A stretch of 64,000 bases of DNA, from the NCBI GenBank assembly GCA_965263355.1, contig CBDHHL010000056.1, positions 1,344,001 to 1,408,000 on the forward strand. The letters are read 5' to 3'. Of this stretch, positions 1 to 10,910 are shown piece after piece. The number at the start of each line of letters is the position of its first letter. Position 1 is the first letter of the stretch. The position numbers were made by a program, and so were the translations under genes. This stretch comes from Leptolyngbyaceae cyanobacterium. Lineage in GTDB: Bacteria; Cyanobacteriota; Cyanobacteriia; Phormidesmidales; Phormidesmidaceae. The notes beneath the pieces were generated by a model. The model was not told the origin of the DNA and ran no database searches. It saw only the letters and a program-made list of their open reading frames with translations.

Positions 1-686
1 AGCTACCGTACGGACTGCTATTGCTGGTGTGATGTCCTAGGGTTTTCTCGGTTAATTGCACTCAATAGTCTAAACGCCTCCTTTTGAATAAGTCTTCTAG
101 GGAGGCGCTTATGCTCATATCCAGGTTCTAGCCCTGACTGTCAATTACCGAAAAACTGCTATGGTTCTGGAGGTAAGCAAGTTTAACGAATTAAGGCTAA
201 TTCCTAATCAAAAAGCATTGCTGAAAAAATTATCAAAAATGTTTGTCGTCTCAAGGGCTAGCTACTGTGCATCCTTCATGTAGAGAAAGAAAAAGAGGGT
301 GGAGCCTAACTACCAAGAGTCCTTTTTTTTGGTTTTTGGTAAAGACATTAAAGATTTCTCATTTTGTTTCTTAGTTTATTTGATGTTTTGCCAAGGTACC
401 TACTGAATACTGAAGAAAAGGAAGAAGCCTTTGCTAAAGTTATATCTGTACTAATGACTGTTTATACAGTTGGTTAAATTCTATAACTTAGACAGTGGTG
501 CAATCTTCTAGAACCTACCTATAAAAGTAAATACTTTCCAGGTTAGATTTTTCTTATTTAAATCCGTAGATCTACCTGTGAATATAAGAAAATAGCTTTT
601 TAGTGTAGGTTATTTGAAGAACAGCATTACCTTGTTGCTAATTTCTATCTAGTAGAGAAGCGTTAAGTACCTTCACCTGGCTGCTT

Positions 687-1574
687 ATGTCTAATGTTTT
701 ATCTAAGTTGCGGCCATATCTTAAGTCCCATAAATCTGTTGCTCTAAATAAGCAAGGGCTACCTGAATATCCTCTTACTAATTACACGGAAGGGATGCGG
801 GCAAATATTGCATTTTTAGAAAATCCGGAATGGTGCCAATATTATTTTGACACCCATCATCGAGATGAATCTTTTCGATCTCGATGGTTAGCAGTAACCG
901 GTAGCTGGGATAATAAGGTAGTAATAGATATTGGCTGTGGCCCTGGCAATGTCTATGCCACTATGGGGGGGAAGCCTAAAACTCTGATTGGTGTAGATAT
1001 TGCCCCAAGAGCCTTAAAGATGGCTGAAAATGTAGGGTATATTCCCCTATTAGCAGATGCCCATGATCTTCCGTTGGCAAATAACTGTGCCGATATTGTT
1101 ATGCTCAATGCCACATTACACCACTGTGATGATATGGCCCAGGTTTTAGCAGAGGCGGCCCGGTTAGTAAAGCCAGGAGGAATATTGTTAGCGGATCAAG
1201 ATCCGCAGCGGTCTGCCTGGCATTTTATGGGTCTGGGGCTATGGCTCAGGAAAATTCGGTTTCCCTTCTACAAACTGTTGGGAAGTGCCCATTATTTACC
1301 CAAAGACCATCGCATGGCACGGCACGCAACGGAAATCCACAACCAAAAACCGGGAGACGGTGTAGACCCCGATTTTTATCAACAAGTGCTAGAACCTCTG
1401 GGGTTTAAGGTAAAGGTCCATGCCCATAACCATGACTTAGGGGCCGAGGTCTTGCAGGGAAAATTTGGCAAAGGGTCCTGGCGGTTTCGCCTTAGCCAAC
1501 GTCTTTCAGGCATTGATTGCGAATCAGCCTCAGGGGCACAGTCCTTAATTTGTGTTGCTAGACACGCTACCTGA
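687..1574 (+). CDS. Class I SAM-dependent methyltransferase
   Basis: Motif I VIDIGCGPG, then GVDIA, ADAHDLP, D-x-V-x4-TLHH and RLVKPGG. Confidence 0.85.
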   Translation: MSNVLSKLRPYLKSHKSVALNKQGLPEYPLTNYTEGMRANIAFLENPEWCQYYFDTHHRDESFRSRWLAVTGSWDNKVVIDIGCGPGNVYATMGGKPKTLIGVDIAPRALKMAENVGYIPLLADAHDLPLANNCADIVMLNATLHHCDDMAQVLAEAARLVKPGGILLADQDPQRSAWHFMGLGLWLRKIRFPFYKLLGSAHYLPKDHRMARHATEIHNQKPGDGVDPDFYQQVLEPLGFKVKVHAHNHDLGAEVLQGKFGKGSWRFRLSQRLSGIDCESASGAQSLICVARHAT

Positions 1575-1617
1575 GGACCCGTTAAACAATACCCCATAAT
1601 TGGAATCTAGGTTCTAG

Positions 1618-1795
1618 AGCTGCTGCAGAAACCAATGCAAAACAACTATCATTGTCCCAGCCGTAACCCCAACATAATGCCATTTGGGACAACCTAGTAC
1701 GGTGGGTTGTAGGGCGGCGTTCCGGCCCTGCCCACGGGGGTTTGGGGAATTCGGAGGGACCCCAAGCAACACTTTTATACTCCCCTGCAGTAGCT
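1618..1795. mobile_element. Possible MITE-like structured intergenic element
   Basis: Imperfect terminal inverted repeat AGCTGCTGCAG / CTGCAGTAGCT around several GC-rich hairpins (TTGTCCCA..TGGGACAA, AGGGC..GCCCT, TTGGGG..CCCCAA). Confidence 0.35.
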
Positions 1796-1927
1796 TAAGC
1801 TATTTTCGATTCCAAATCTTCGCTAACTACTGATGCGAAAAAGGTCTATATCCTAGCTAACTTTTATAAGTAGTCCTACTATCAGCTACTACAGCTCAAA
1901 CCGTGAGTTCAATTTTTTTAATGGGTT

Positions 1928-2713
1928 CTAAACATAACGTGTTAACCCAATCCGATAACGTTGTTTTTTAGTAATCATCACATCATCAATCTCCAGACGC
2001 CCTTTACCTCGAATAGCAACCAAATCCCCCGATTTTAATGTATGACTCGATTGGGAAATGGTTTTCCAATTGACCCGCACATCACCAGCGGTGATCATAT
2101 CTGCCATTTTGCTGCGGGACATGCCAAACCCAGCTGAAGCAACAGCATCCAACCGCATGGAGGCTTCGACGGTGGTCATTTCTTTTTTCTTCGGTTCCCG
2201 TACCCGTAGTTCGCTCCAGGTAATGGCTTTGGTCTTTACTGGCACAGACCGCACCTGGACCAGGCTCATTTCTAAAAACTCCACCAGTTCCGGCACAACA
2301 ATCATCTGAGCACCACGCTCACCCAGCACAATAATGTCCCCTACTTTTTCTCGGACGATGCCAGTGCCCAGTAGTGCACCCAAAAAATCGCGATGGGTGG
2401 CTGTATCAAATAAAAAGTTACCAGCAACGCTCAGTAAGGCTAGGGGAAGTTCTTGCCCGTCTAATGGAATTTCGGTACGGGCCATGGTTAATCGCTGCCG
2501 CTCAGCTTGGGGATAACCGCCCTGGGACTGGGTGTGGATATCGGTGAGTCGACTAAAGATGGCCTGGGCTTCGTAGAGTTCTGGTGGTGATAGAAAATCG
2601 CTGGTAACCGGCTCCCATGTGCGAATGGCTTGATCGGCTTGGTCAATAATACGGGTCAGGGTTTCGGCATTTTCGGCTCCTTTGAGCAGATCATCCTTAG
2701 GCAGCATAGGCAC
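1928..2713 (-). CDS. Photosystem II S4-domain protein (YlmH/Sll1252 family)
   Basis: GGYPQAERQR, HRDFLGALLGTGIVREKVGDI, C-terminal S4 domain (SMRLDAVASAGFGMSRSK...GDLVAIRGKGRL). Confidence 0.9.
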   Translation of the reverse strand: MPMLPKDDLLKGAENAETLTRIIDQADQAIRTWEPVTSDFLSPPELYEAQAIFSRLTDIHTQSQGGYPQAERQRLTMARTEIPLDGQELPLALLSVAGNFLFDTATHRDFLGALLGTGIVREKVGDIIVLGERGAQMIVVPELVEFLEMSLVQVRSVPVKTKAITWSELRVREPKKKEMTTVEASMRLDAVASAGFGMSRSKMADMITAGDVRVNWKTISQSSHTLKSGDLVAIRGKGRLEIDDVMITKKQRYRIGLTRYV

Positions 2714-2771
2714 GGCTTATGAAATGGGGTCTGTATTGTTAATAGTATGTAGTTTTGAGCTTGATGCAATA

Positions 2772-3650
2772 TTAGTGTAAAGTCTCAACTCTCTGGAGCC
2801 AGTTTGATACGTCCAGGTTGTAGTTCATGTCTAGCTGCCGCATTTCATCTTTGAGGGCATCTAAAATAAATTTCTTTTGGGCTACTGTGAGAGGGGGCAC
2901 ACTTTTTCTCTTCTGATTATCTAAGGGCTTAGACAAGAGATTTCTGACCTGGTTTTTGATCGCATCAGGAAAGATACCCTTTAAGGGTTTCAAATATTGT
3001 GACTCTCTCAAACTATGCCATATCGTATCCTGCCGATACGAATTTTTCGTGTTATATGCCTTGTCGAGGTAAAACTCAAAAGAGTCATCAATCGCCAAAA
3101 ACTGACAAGTTCTTTTCATTAAATGGTTAGCACTGTCTTTCTGTTTCAGATCTTCCGTTTTTAATAACAGAATATCTGACGATGAGAATGCTTGCTTAAA
3201 GTTATTAGCAATGGTGGCATAGCTCACTGGTTCAATGACTTGCAACGGTATACTATCCGGGGTTTCTTGTGCTAACAGTCTAGAATACCAACCATGGTAG
3301 GTACCATGTTCTCGCATTGATTCAATTTTTTGGATTGGATTTCTCAAGATGTAAATGAACCTAAATTTTGCATCCAGGGTTTTGAGACGATGAATGACAG
3401 TTTGGACTCCAGAAAAAGAGAGCGTATAGTTTGGGGAAGCTTCTAAGGCGATACGGTGCTTTATGGGATCCCAATGCCATAAACTTTCGTAATAGTCAAC
3501 TCCTTTTGCCCAGATTGAATCTTTAAAGAAGAAATTAGCTTCTTTGATTCTCGATGCTGCAATTTGTGGATGTTGGGATAGATAGTTGAACAGGCTAGTG
3601 GTTCCGCCTTTTTGTGTACCTATGATTAAACAGATATTATTTGGTTTCAT
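2772..3650 (-). CDS. Sulfotransferase domain protein
   Basis: PAPS-binding loop IIGTQKGGTTSL, KEANFF, EASPNY, YILRNP. Confidence 0.85.
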   Translation of the reverse strand: MKPNNICLIIGTQKGGTTSLFNYLSQHPQIAASRIKEANFFFKDSIWAKGVDYYESLWHWDPIKHRIALEASPNYTLSFSGVQTVIHRLKTLDAKFRFIYILRNPIQKIESMREHGTYHGWYSRLLAQETPDSIPLQVIEPVSYATIANNFKQAFSSSDILLLKTEDLKQKDSANHLMKRTCQFLAIDDSFEFYLDKAYNTKNSYRQDTIWHSLRESQYLKPLKGIFPDAIKNQVRNLLSKPLDNQKRKSVPPLTVAQKKFILDALKDEMRQLDMNYNLDVSNWLQRVETLH

Positions 3651-3886
3651 ACGACAAATAGCCAGATGGCATCAGTTTTAGTAGCGCGATGACTGCTTCG
3701 GCTAGTAGTAGCCTGTCCCATTGACATGCACCGTTGACAGTATAAATTAGCCATATTATACCGTCATAAAAATATCGTTTCTCTCATGTCTTGAATACAT
3801 CCCCATTCACTACTCACCATTCACTGACACAACCAAAATGATTTATCTAACCGAGAACACTATAGCGCCCTGTCATAGCCTATGAG

Positions 3887-4525
3887 TTAGGCTGAACAGC
3901 CAGACTGATCTTTCTTGGTGTAAATATTTTTCAGGTGCTTTTTGACGGTATTTTCAGAAATGTATAACTCACTGGCAATTTCTTTATAGCTATTGCCCAT
4001 GCGTTTTAGGCGCCATACATCGGCTTCACGGGTGGTGAGGCCATAGCGTTGAGCCTCATGGCTTGCAATGACGGCAAGAGACTGTTGGCGATTTTCTAGG
4101 GTAATGAGAAAACAGTTTTTACGTGAGCAGTCGGTATCATCCCAATCAAACCACTGGACTCTCATATAGATGGTGCCATGCTCAGTAAAAATCTCATCTT
4201 CTAAGACGATAGTGTAATCTGCAGGGAAGATCGCTGAGGCATCGGTCTGGTTTTCGATTAGACTTTGGCATGGGTGCCAAAGGATATCTGGAATGGCCTT
4301 GGCAGATGGGCAAGGCATTTGCTTGAGGAGCAGGTGTGCAAGTTTGTTTTTGTGTAAGATAGTGCCATTTTGAGACACAATAATAAGACCAAAGGTTGAG
4401 TTTTCGATGGCGGCTACTAGTAAAGCTGCCTGCATATCAAAGGAATGATTTAAGTCACTGTCACCACGGATTACTGTAGCCTGAGCTTGAGTCACGGAAG
4501 AAACACTTTCGATTTGAAAAGCCAT
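3887..4525 (-). CDS. LuxR-family HTH transcriptional regulator with a PAS-like N-terminus
   Basis: C-terminal LTTREADVWRLKRMGNSYKEIASELYISENTVKKHLKNIYTK. Confidence 0.85.
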   Translation of the reverse strand: MAFQIESVSSVTQAQATVIRGDSDLNHSFDMQAALLVAAIENSTFGLIIVSQNGTILHKNKLAHLLLKQMPCPSAKAIPDILWHPCQSLIENQTDASAIFPADYTIVLEDEIFTEHGTIYMRVQWFDWDDTDCSRKNCFLITLENRQQSLAVIASHEAQRYGLTTREADVWRLKRMGNSYKEIASELYISENTVKKHLKNIYTKKDQSGCSA

Positions 4526-4732
4526 AACTGATGGAAGTAGTTGGCAGATGAAATGAAATTCAAATTTCGTTGACTTCGCTAGCAGCGTCTGTGAGATTCG
4601 TATAAAAAGCTGAACTAAATTACTAGAAAATACGGATGCCGCTGATGATAGTTACCTCATTTCCAAAATTGGAAAATCCGTATAAAGTTGTGACAGTTTT
4701 GAAGGGCGGCATAGATTAGTTCAAATGCTTGG

Positions 4733-5302
4733 ATGGGAGCGGCTATGTGGCATGCTGTAAGGGCAATGCCTATGTGGAACCCGGTGTACGTTTTTACTCA
4801 AAAGGTATCGTCGGCGCTTGAGCCAACATTGACGCTAGCCCTAACCGCCGATGAGCGTAGCCGCTCACGATATCGCTACAGATTTTCTGGTGAGATTACG
4901 GATGACAAAAGTAGGGTTACGGGCTTAGTCACTGGCGATCCGGATCAGAGTGCGGTGGATGAAATATATCTGGAACTACCGCGAGGCACGATACTGCGCC
5001 ACGGGGATTGTCTAATTGGAGAGGACCATAATCAGGTGCTAAGAATTGTGGCGAAACCTGAACAGGTTTTAACAATTAGGGCTTCGACTGTCGCTCAGCC
5101 CTCTGATTCGGTGCCTTTGAAGTTATTACAGGCGGCGTATCATTTGGGCAATCGTCATGTGGACCTAGAGGTCGGACCTGACTATTTGCGTTTAGCTCCT
5201 GATCCGGTGTTGGAGGCAATGCTGCATCAGCTTGGGTTAACGTTAACTGCCGAAACGGTACCCTTTCAGCCGGAGTCGGGGGCCTATGGCCATCACCATT
5301 GA
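4733..5302 (+). CDS. ureE: Urease accessory protein UreE (true start probably further downstream)
   Basis: [34 protein letters not shown]; overlaps ureF. Confidence 0.92.
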   Translation: MGAAMWHAVRAMPMWNPVYVFTQKVSSALEPTLTLALTADERSRSRYRYRFSGEITDDKSRVTGLVTGDPDQSAVDEIYLELPRGTILRHGDCLIGEDHNQVLRIVAKPEQVLTIRASTVAQPSDSVPLKLLQAAYHLGNRHVDLEVGPDYLRLAPDPVLEAMLHQLGLTLTAETVPFQPESGAYGHHH

Positions 5303-5966
5303 TCAGCAGGCGTTGCTGAAATTATTGCAGTTGACCAGTCCCGCCTTACCGGTGGGGGCCTTTAGCTATTCGGAAGGATTGGAAACTCTGGTGATGCAGG
5401 GGGCTCTGACGGATAGGGCTATGCTCCACAGCTGGCTGGTGCAAGAGTTGCGCTATGGCGGTGTCCGGTTGGATGTGGCGATCGCAACCCGCACCCACCA
5501 AAACCGGCACCATCCTGACCAGCTAGCCTATTGGAACCAATGGCTCACCGCCAGCCGCGATACTGCCGAACTGCGTCAGCAGAGCTGGCAAATGGGCCGA
5601 GCCCTCGTGCGTTTGGCCCAAAACCTGCACCCCGAACTGCAGCCCAGCTTTAATGACTGCGGCACACCTTGCAACTTCGCCGTTGCCTTTGGCCTGCTTG
5701 CCGCCCACTGGCAGATCGACGTCCATACTACAGCTCTGGGCTATCTACATAGCTGGGCCGCCAACCTGATTGGTGCCGCCGTCAAGCTGGTACCTCTGGG
5801 GCAAACCGATGGCCAGAGCTGCTTGCTACAGCTGCTCCCAGAGTTGACCACAGCAGCAGAATCCATAGTGGCCCTGCCAGATGATGAACTGTATGTCAGT
5901 GGGTGGGGGGGTGCGATCGCAAGCATGCACCACGAAACCCTATACACTCGCCTTTTCCGCAGCTAG
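5286..5966 (+). CDS. ureF: Urease accessory protein UreF
   Basis: [43 protein letters not shown]. Confidence 0.95.
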   Translation: MAITIDQQALLKLLQLTSPALPVGAFSYSEGLETLVMQGALTDRAMLHSWLVQELRYGGVRLDVAIATRTHQNRHHPDQLAYWNQWLTASRDTAELRQQSWQMGRALVRLAQNLHPELQPSFNDCGTPCNFAVAFGLLAAHWQIDVHTTALGYLHSWAANLIGAAVKLVPLGQTDGQSCLLQLLPELTTAAESIVALPDDELYVSGWGGAIASMHHETLYTRLFRS

Positions 5967-6100
5967 CAAAAACCTTTAAATTTCTCCTACCAATGCACTT
6001 AAAATCACCACCACGGGATACCTTTGTCTAACTGTTTAAGCTGGGTGTTGTGCCATAACTGATTACCCATCACCCTCTCACCCCCTCACCCCCTCCTCCC

Positions 6101-6733
6101 ATGCCATCCTCATCCCCCTACCGCGTTGGCGTTGCCGGTCCCGTCGGCTCTGGCAAAACTGCCCTGGTCGATGCCCTCTGCAAATCCATGCGTGATGACT
6201 ACTCCATCGCCGTGGTGACCAACGACATCTACACCCAGGAAGACGCCCAATTTTTGGTCCGTAGTCAGGCCCTGCTTGACCACAGCCGCATCGTCGGTGT
6301 TGAAACCGGCGGCTGTCCCCACACCGCTATTCGAGAAGATGCCTCCCTTAATCTGGTGGCCATTGAGGACCTAGAGGCCCGGTTTAACGACCTGGATCTG
6401 ATCTTTGTCGAAAGCGGCGGCGATAACCTGGCCGCCACATTTAGCCCAGAACTCGTCGACCTTACCCTCTACGTAATAGATGTAGCCGCTGGCGATAAAA
6501 TCCCCCGCAAAGGCGGACCCGGCATTACCAAATCAGACCTCCTGGTGATCAATAAAATTGACTTAGCTCCCCTGGTCGGTGCCGACCTCAATGTGATGGA
6601 CCGCGATGCCAAAACCATGCGTGGGGATAAACCCTTCGTATTTACAAACCTTAAGGCCAGACAAGGACTGGATACCATTCAGCAGTTCATTAAATTTCAT
6701 GGACGATTACCCGTGCCTCAGTCTGCTCAGTAA
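6101..6733 (+). CDS. ureG: Urease accessory GTPase UreG
   Basis: [45 protein letters not shown]. Confidence 0.97.
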   Translation: MPSSSPYRVGVAGPVGSGKTALVDALCKSMRDDYSIAVVTNDIYTQEDAQFLVRSQALLDHSRIVGVETGGCPHTAIREDASLNLVAIEDLEARFNDLDLIFVESGGDNLAATFSPELVDLTLYVIDVAAGDKIPRKGGPGITKSDLLVINKIDLAPLVGADLNVMDRDAKTMRGDKPFVFTNLKARQGLDTIQQFIKFHGRLPVPQSAQ

Positions 6734-6850
6734 CCCTTAATTATTGGCAATTATTGGCTTAAATGACGTGCTTCTGCTAGAGATCCAGCCATGGTAGGTG
6801 TGGGAAATCAAACGCAAACAAATGCGAAAAAACCCGTAGAAAATAAAAAA

Positions 6851-6892
6851 GTATCAAAGACTACAATTTTAGCCTTCTCCAAGATTTACCAT
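6851..6892 (+). promoter_or_regulatory. NtcA-activated promoter of the urt operon
   Basis: GTA-N8-TAC (GTATCAAAGACTAC, 6851-6864), a 22-nt spacer, then a TAN3T -10 box (TACCAT, 6887-6892). Confidence 0.85.
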
Positions 6893-6908
6893 CACGAAGC
6901 AAACATAT

Positions 6909-6922
6909 GTATCGACGGTTAC
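6909..6922 (+). promoter_or_regulatory. Second NtcA box, in the urtA leader
   Basis: GTATCGACGGTTAC fits GTA-N8-TAC; no -10 box at canonical spacing downstream. Confidence 0.55.
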
Positions 6923-6993
6923 CGTGACATGCCCTGTCATGGTCGCTGGTGTGTGATGCGATAGGTGTGTGAGTCGTTAAAAAGGAAAGCTCG

Positions 6994-8310
6994 ATGACGA
7001 GGATTAATAGACGTAAGTTTTTGGTGTACGGCTCTACCGCCGTGGGCACCAGTATTTTGTTAAAGGCCTGCGGCAATCCAGAGCCCGCTGCTGATACTTC
7101 TGCACCCGCTGCTGATGGAGATGCCACCACAGTTGCAAGTAGCGATGGCGATACTATTAAGGTGGGTATTCTTCACTCCCTAAGTGGCACCATGGCCATT
7201 AGTGAGACCACCGTGGTAGATGCTGAAGAACTAGCCATCAAAGAAATTAACGCCGCTGGTGGTGTGCTTGGGAAGCAGATTGTTGCAGTTAAAGAAGATG
7301 GTGCATCTGACTGGGATACCTTTGCCGAGAAAGCTGAAAAGCTAATCGACCAGGATCAAGTAGCTGTGGTATTCGGCTGCTGGACCTCTGCTAGTCGTAA
7401 GAAAGTATTACCTGTATTTGAAGCAAAGGACCACATGCTGTGGTATCCCGTACAGTACGAAGGTCAGGAATGCTCCAAGAACATTTTCTATACAGGTGCT
7501 GCGCCTAACCAGCAAATTGAGCCCGCCGTAGACTGGCTGCTAGAAAATAAGGGTAAAGATTTCTTCCTAGTCGGTTCTGACTATGTCTTCCCTCGGACGG
7601 CTAACACCATTATTAAGGAGCAGCTCAAGGCTAAAGACGGCAACACCGTTGGAGAAGACTATCTGCCCCTGGGTAACACTGAGGTAACGCCTATTATCAC
7701 CAAGATTAAGGCTGCCCTACCCGACGGTGGCGTAATCTTTAACAGCCTCAATGGTGACAGTAACGTCGCCTTCTTTAAGCAGCTTAAGGGTGCTGGCATG
7801 GGTCCCGACAAGTACCCTGTTATGTCTGTAAGTATTGCAGAAGAAGAAGTCCGTACCATTGGTCCTGACTTTCTCAAAGGCCATTACGCTGCTTGGAACT
7901 ACTTCCAGACTGTAGAAAGTCCAGCCAATGAAAAGTGGGTATCTGATTTCAAAGCCGAGTATGGTGATGAGCGGGTAACTAACGACCCCATGGAAGCCGC
8001 TTACATCATGGTTTATCTATGGAAGCAGGCGGTTGAGAAAGCGGGTACAACCGATATCGCAGCAGTCCGTGAAGCGGCCTACGGTCAAGTATTCGAGGCT
8101 CCTGGTGGCACGGTTACCATGAACCCCAACCATCACATTTCTAAGACTGTTCGCATTGGTGAGATTCGGGAAGACGGTCTATTTGAGATTGTTTCCGCAA
8201 CCGATGGCCCGGTGACTCCAATTCCCTGGAATCAATTCGTGCCCGATACTAAAGGCTATGCCTGTGACTGGTCCGACCCATCTAAGGGCGGTAAGTACAA
8301 AGAAGCCTAA
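6994..8310 (+). CDS. urtA: Urea ABC transporter substrate-binding protein
   Basis: Twin-Arg/lipoprotein signal (NRRKFL...LKAC), [36 protein letters not shown]. Confidence 0.97.
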   Translation: MTRINRRKFLVYGSTAVGTSILLKACGNPEPAADTSAPAADGDATTVASSDGDTIKVGILHSLSGTMAISETTVVDAEELAIKEINAAGGVLGKQIVAVKEDGASDWDTFAEKAEKLIDQDQVAVVFGCWTSASRKKVLPVFEAKDHMLWYPVQYEGQECSKNIFYTGAAPNQQIEPAVDWLLENKGKDFFLVGSDYVFPRTANTIIKEQLKAKDGNTVGEDYLPLGNTEVTPIITKIKAALPDGGVIFNSLNGDSNVAFFKQLKGAGMGPDKYPVMSVSIAEEEVRTIGPDFLKGHYAAWNYFQTVESPANEKWVSDFKAEYGDERVTNDPMEAAYIMVYLWKQAVEKAGTTDIAAVREAAYGQVFEAPGGTVTMNPNHHISKTVRIGEIREDGLFEIVSATDGPVTPIPWNQFVPDTKGYACDWSDPSKGGKYKEA

Positions 8311-8331
8311 GGCTCTCGTAGGTTAGTTAGT

Positions 8332-8364
8332 AGGGAAGAGTCATTCGGGGCTCTTCCCTTTTTT
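8332..8364 (+). terminator. Intercistronic stem-loop/terminator after urtA
   Basis: AGGGAAGAG..CTCTTCCCT followed by a T-run. Confidence 0.7.
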
Positions 8365-8449
8365 GATTTAACCTTTCCAATCACCACAAAGGCCCAAGGC
8401 CATGTGCTTACGCGTACCACTACTCACTTCTCTTTGACAGGATAGTTTC

Positions 8450-9616
8450 GTGCTTGACGGTTTAATCAACGGTATCTTTAACGGCATCAGTATTGGCGCA
8501 GTGCTCCTGATCGTCGCCCTCGGTCTGGCTATTGTGTTTGGCCTTATGGGGGTGATTAATCTGGCCCATGGAGAACTGATGATGCTTGGGGCCTACACCA
8601 CCTATGTGGTGCAAAATGGCTTTAAATCCCTCGGTGATGGGATGCAAGATTTTTACATCTGGCTAGCATTACCGCTCTCTTTTTTAGTCGCAGCTCTGGT
8701 GGGTTTGTTGCTGGAGCGCAGTGTGATTCGCCTCCTCTACGGGCGACCACTGGAAACGCTGTTAGCCACCTGGGGAGTGAGTCTTATTCTCCAGCAGTTT
8801 GTCCGCAGCGTTAGTTGGTCTATGGTGTTTGGCATTTTAACAGTGTGCATCCTGCTGTTTGGTGGACGGGCCATCTTAAAGAAGTTCGCAACCTTAGGAC
8901 CGCGTCAGAAGCTGGCAAATTTTGTTGTGCTAGTGCTGGCGGCTGCCATTGGGATTACCGTAGGTCGTTCTCTCAACAGTAATGCAGTGTTGGAAAAACC
9001 CTGGTTTAGCGCCCGTAATGTAGACGTGACGGCCCCTAAGTGGTTGCAAGATAGCATTAGCGTTACCGATACCCTGGCATTTCCAGCTGCCCGTATCTTC
9101 ATCATTGTGCTTACCATTATTTGTCTGGTGGGGACATTTTGGTTTCTCAACAAATCCGCCTGGGGGCTGCGGATTCGTGCTGTTACTCAAAACCGGGATA
9201 TGAGTGCCTGTTTAGGCATTCCGACAAAGAAAGTGGATGCCCTGACATTTGCTCTAGGATCTGGCTTAGCAGGAATTGCGGGTTGTGCCGTTACGCTGTT
9301 GGGGTCTGTTGGTCCCAATCTTGGCAGTAACTATATTGTGGATGCCTTTATGGTGGTGGTTGTCGGCGGTGTTGGTAAGCTGATTGGCAGTATTGTTGCT
9401 GCGTTGCTAATTGGTATTGTGACCTATATTGTGGGCTCTGGTACGTTGGTGCTGATGTTGCCCTCCAGTGAAGCATTACAACCCTTGATCGATACGATCA
9501 TATTCTTTGCAACAACAAGCATGGCAAAGGTGCTGGTGTTTGCTTTGATTATTGCCTTTCTCCAGGTTAAGCCCGCTGGCTTATTTCCCCAAAAAGGTCG
9601 CTCGGTGGAGGTGTAA
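8450..9616 (+). CDS. urtB: Urea ABC transporter permease UrtB
   Basis: FGLMGVINLAHGELMMLGAYT, LYGRPLETLLATWGVSL; operon position. Confidence 0.95.
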   Translation: MLDGLINGIFNGISIGAVLLIVALGLAIVFGLMGVINLAHGELMMLGAYTTYVVQNGFKSLGDGMQDFYIWLALPLSFLVAALVGLLLERSVIRLLYGRPLETLLATWGVSLILQQFVRSVSWSMVFGILTVCILLFGGRAILKKFATLGPRQKLANFVVLVLAAAIGITVGRSLNSNAVLEKPWFSARNVDVTAPKWLQDSISVTDTLAFPAARIFIIVLTIICLVGTFWFLNKSAWGLRIRAVTQNRDMSACLGIPTKKVDALTFALGSGLAGIAGCAVTLLGSVGPNLGSNYIVDAFMVVVVGGVGKLIGSIVAALLIGIVTYIVGSGTLVLMLPSSEALQPLIDTIIFFATTSMAKVLVFALIIAFLQVKPAGLFPQKGRSVEV

Positions 9617-9618
9617 CA

Positions 9619-10770
9619 ATGGCAGAAACAAGTTCTATGGGCAAAAAGCGTAGACGCGTCTTAGAAGCAGGTATCGTCATTGGTCTCTCCCTGTTTTTGA
9701 TTTTTGTTGCCCCATTACTATTGTCTGGTTTTCGTCTAGGGCTATTGGGTCGTTTCCTGGCCCTGGCAATTGTCGCCCTCGGTGTGGATTTGATTTGGGG
9801 CTACACTGGCTTGCTGAGTCTTGGCCAGGGAATTTTCTTTGCCCTGGGGGGCTATGCCTTTGCCATGCACCTGCAGTTAAATCTAGCAGGGGAAGGTCTG
9901 CCGGAATTCTTTGGTCTCTACGGTGTGTCAGAGCTGCCGTGGTTTTGGCAGCCGTTTTATTCATTGCCGGTTACGCTGATTGCCATTGTGGTGCTTCCAG
10001 GTATCGTGGCCGGGCTGCTCGGTTACCTGGTGTTCCGTAATCGTATTCGAGGTGTTTATTTCTCGATTTTGACCCAGGCGATGCTGGTGGTATTTTTCAA
10101 CTTTTTTAATGGTCAGCAAAAGTTGATCAACGGGACCAATGGTCTGACCACTGATACCACACTGTTGTTTGGGCAGCAGGTGGGTAGCGATCGCATGCAG
10201 TTTGCCTTCTATGTAGCTACCGTCATCGTCCTTGCCCTGACCTATGGTCTCTGTCGCTGGCTCACCCGTGGTCGCTTTGGCCGTTTACTAATTGCCATTC
10301 GCGATGATGAAAATCGTCTCAGGTTTTCAGGCTATAACCCGGCTATGTTTAAGGTGCTTGTGTTTGCTGTGGCTGGTGGCATTGCCGGAGCAGCCGGTGC
10401 CCTATATACCGTTCAATCCAGCGGTATCACTCCACAGTACATGAGCGTTGCCTTCTCCATTGAAATGGTGATCTGGGTGGCTGTGGGTGGACGTGCCACA
10501 CTAGGCGGTGCGGTTCTCGGTGCCCTGGTGGTTAACTGGGCCCAAGCTCTACTGAGTGAACAATTTCCAGAGGTGTGGCTGTTTTTTCAGGGTGCCCTAT
10601 TTTTGCTGGTGGTGACTGTGCTCCCCAAGGGCATTGTCGGCTGGCTAAGTGATGACGCTGTCCGCCAGATGCGTGATTTGTTTGGCCTACAACCCCAAAT
10701 CACCACCTATCCAGACCTGGAGCTAGACCCCGATGTCAAACGCGAACGGCGGGAACTCGCGGGTAAATAA
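9619..10770 (+). CDS. urtC: Urea ABC transporter permease UrtC
   Basis: DLIWGYTGLLSLGQG, NGTNGL, AIRDDENRLRFSGY, SIEMVIWVAVGGRATL. Confidence 0.95.
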   Translation: MAETSSMGKKRRRVLEAGIVIGLSLFLIFVAPLLLSGFRLGLLGRFLALAIVALGVDLIWGYTGLLSLGQGIFFALGGYAFAMHLQLNLAGEGLPEFFGLYGVSELPWFWQPFYSLPVTLIAIVVLPGIVAGLLGYLVFRNRIRGVYFSILTQAMLVVFFNFFNGQQKLINGTNGLTTDTTLLFGQQVGSDRMQFAFYVATVIVLALTYGLCRWLTRGRFGRLLIAIRDDENRLRFSGYNPAMFKVLVFAVAGGIAGAAGALYTVQSSGITPQYMSVAFSIEMVIWVAVGGRATLGGAVLGALVVNWAQALLSEQFPEVWLFFQGALFLLVVTVLPKGIVGWLSDDAVRQMRDLFGLQPQITTYPDLELDPDVKRERRELAGK

Positions 10771-10910
10771 CCTCTTCGCCAACAAATCCCTTCTGAGGTT
10801 GGGTTGAAAAATCATTTAGATTCTCTTGTTTGCATACCTTACACCTCAACCCAACCTACACACGTACCAAATATCTCAAAAGCGACTGCAATCGAAAGAG
10901 TCTCCTCCCC

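Noticed and set aside
1..40. 3' end of an upstream CDS (..ATVRTAIAGVMS*) with a following hairpin at 75-107
   Set aside because: Too short to identify
4526..4560. GATGGAAGTAG resembling the glutamine (glnA) riboswitch core
   Set aside because: The flanking CGTTC..GAACG stem is absent
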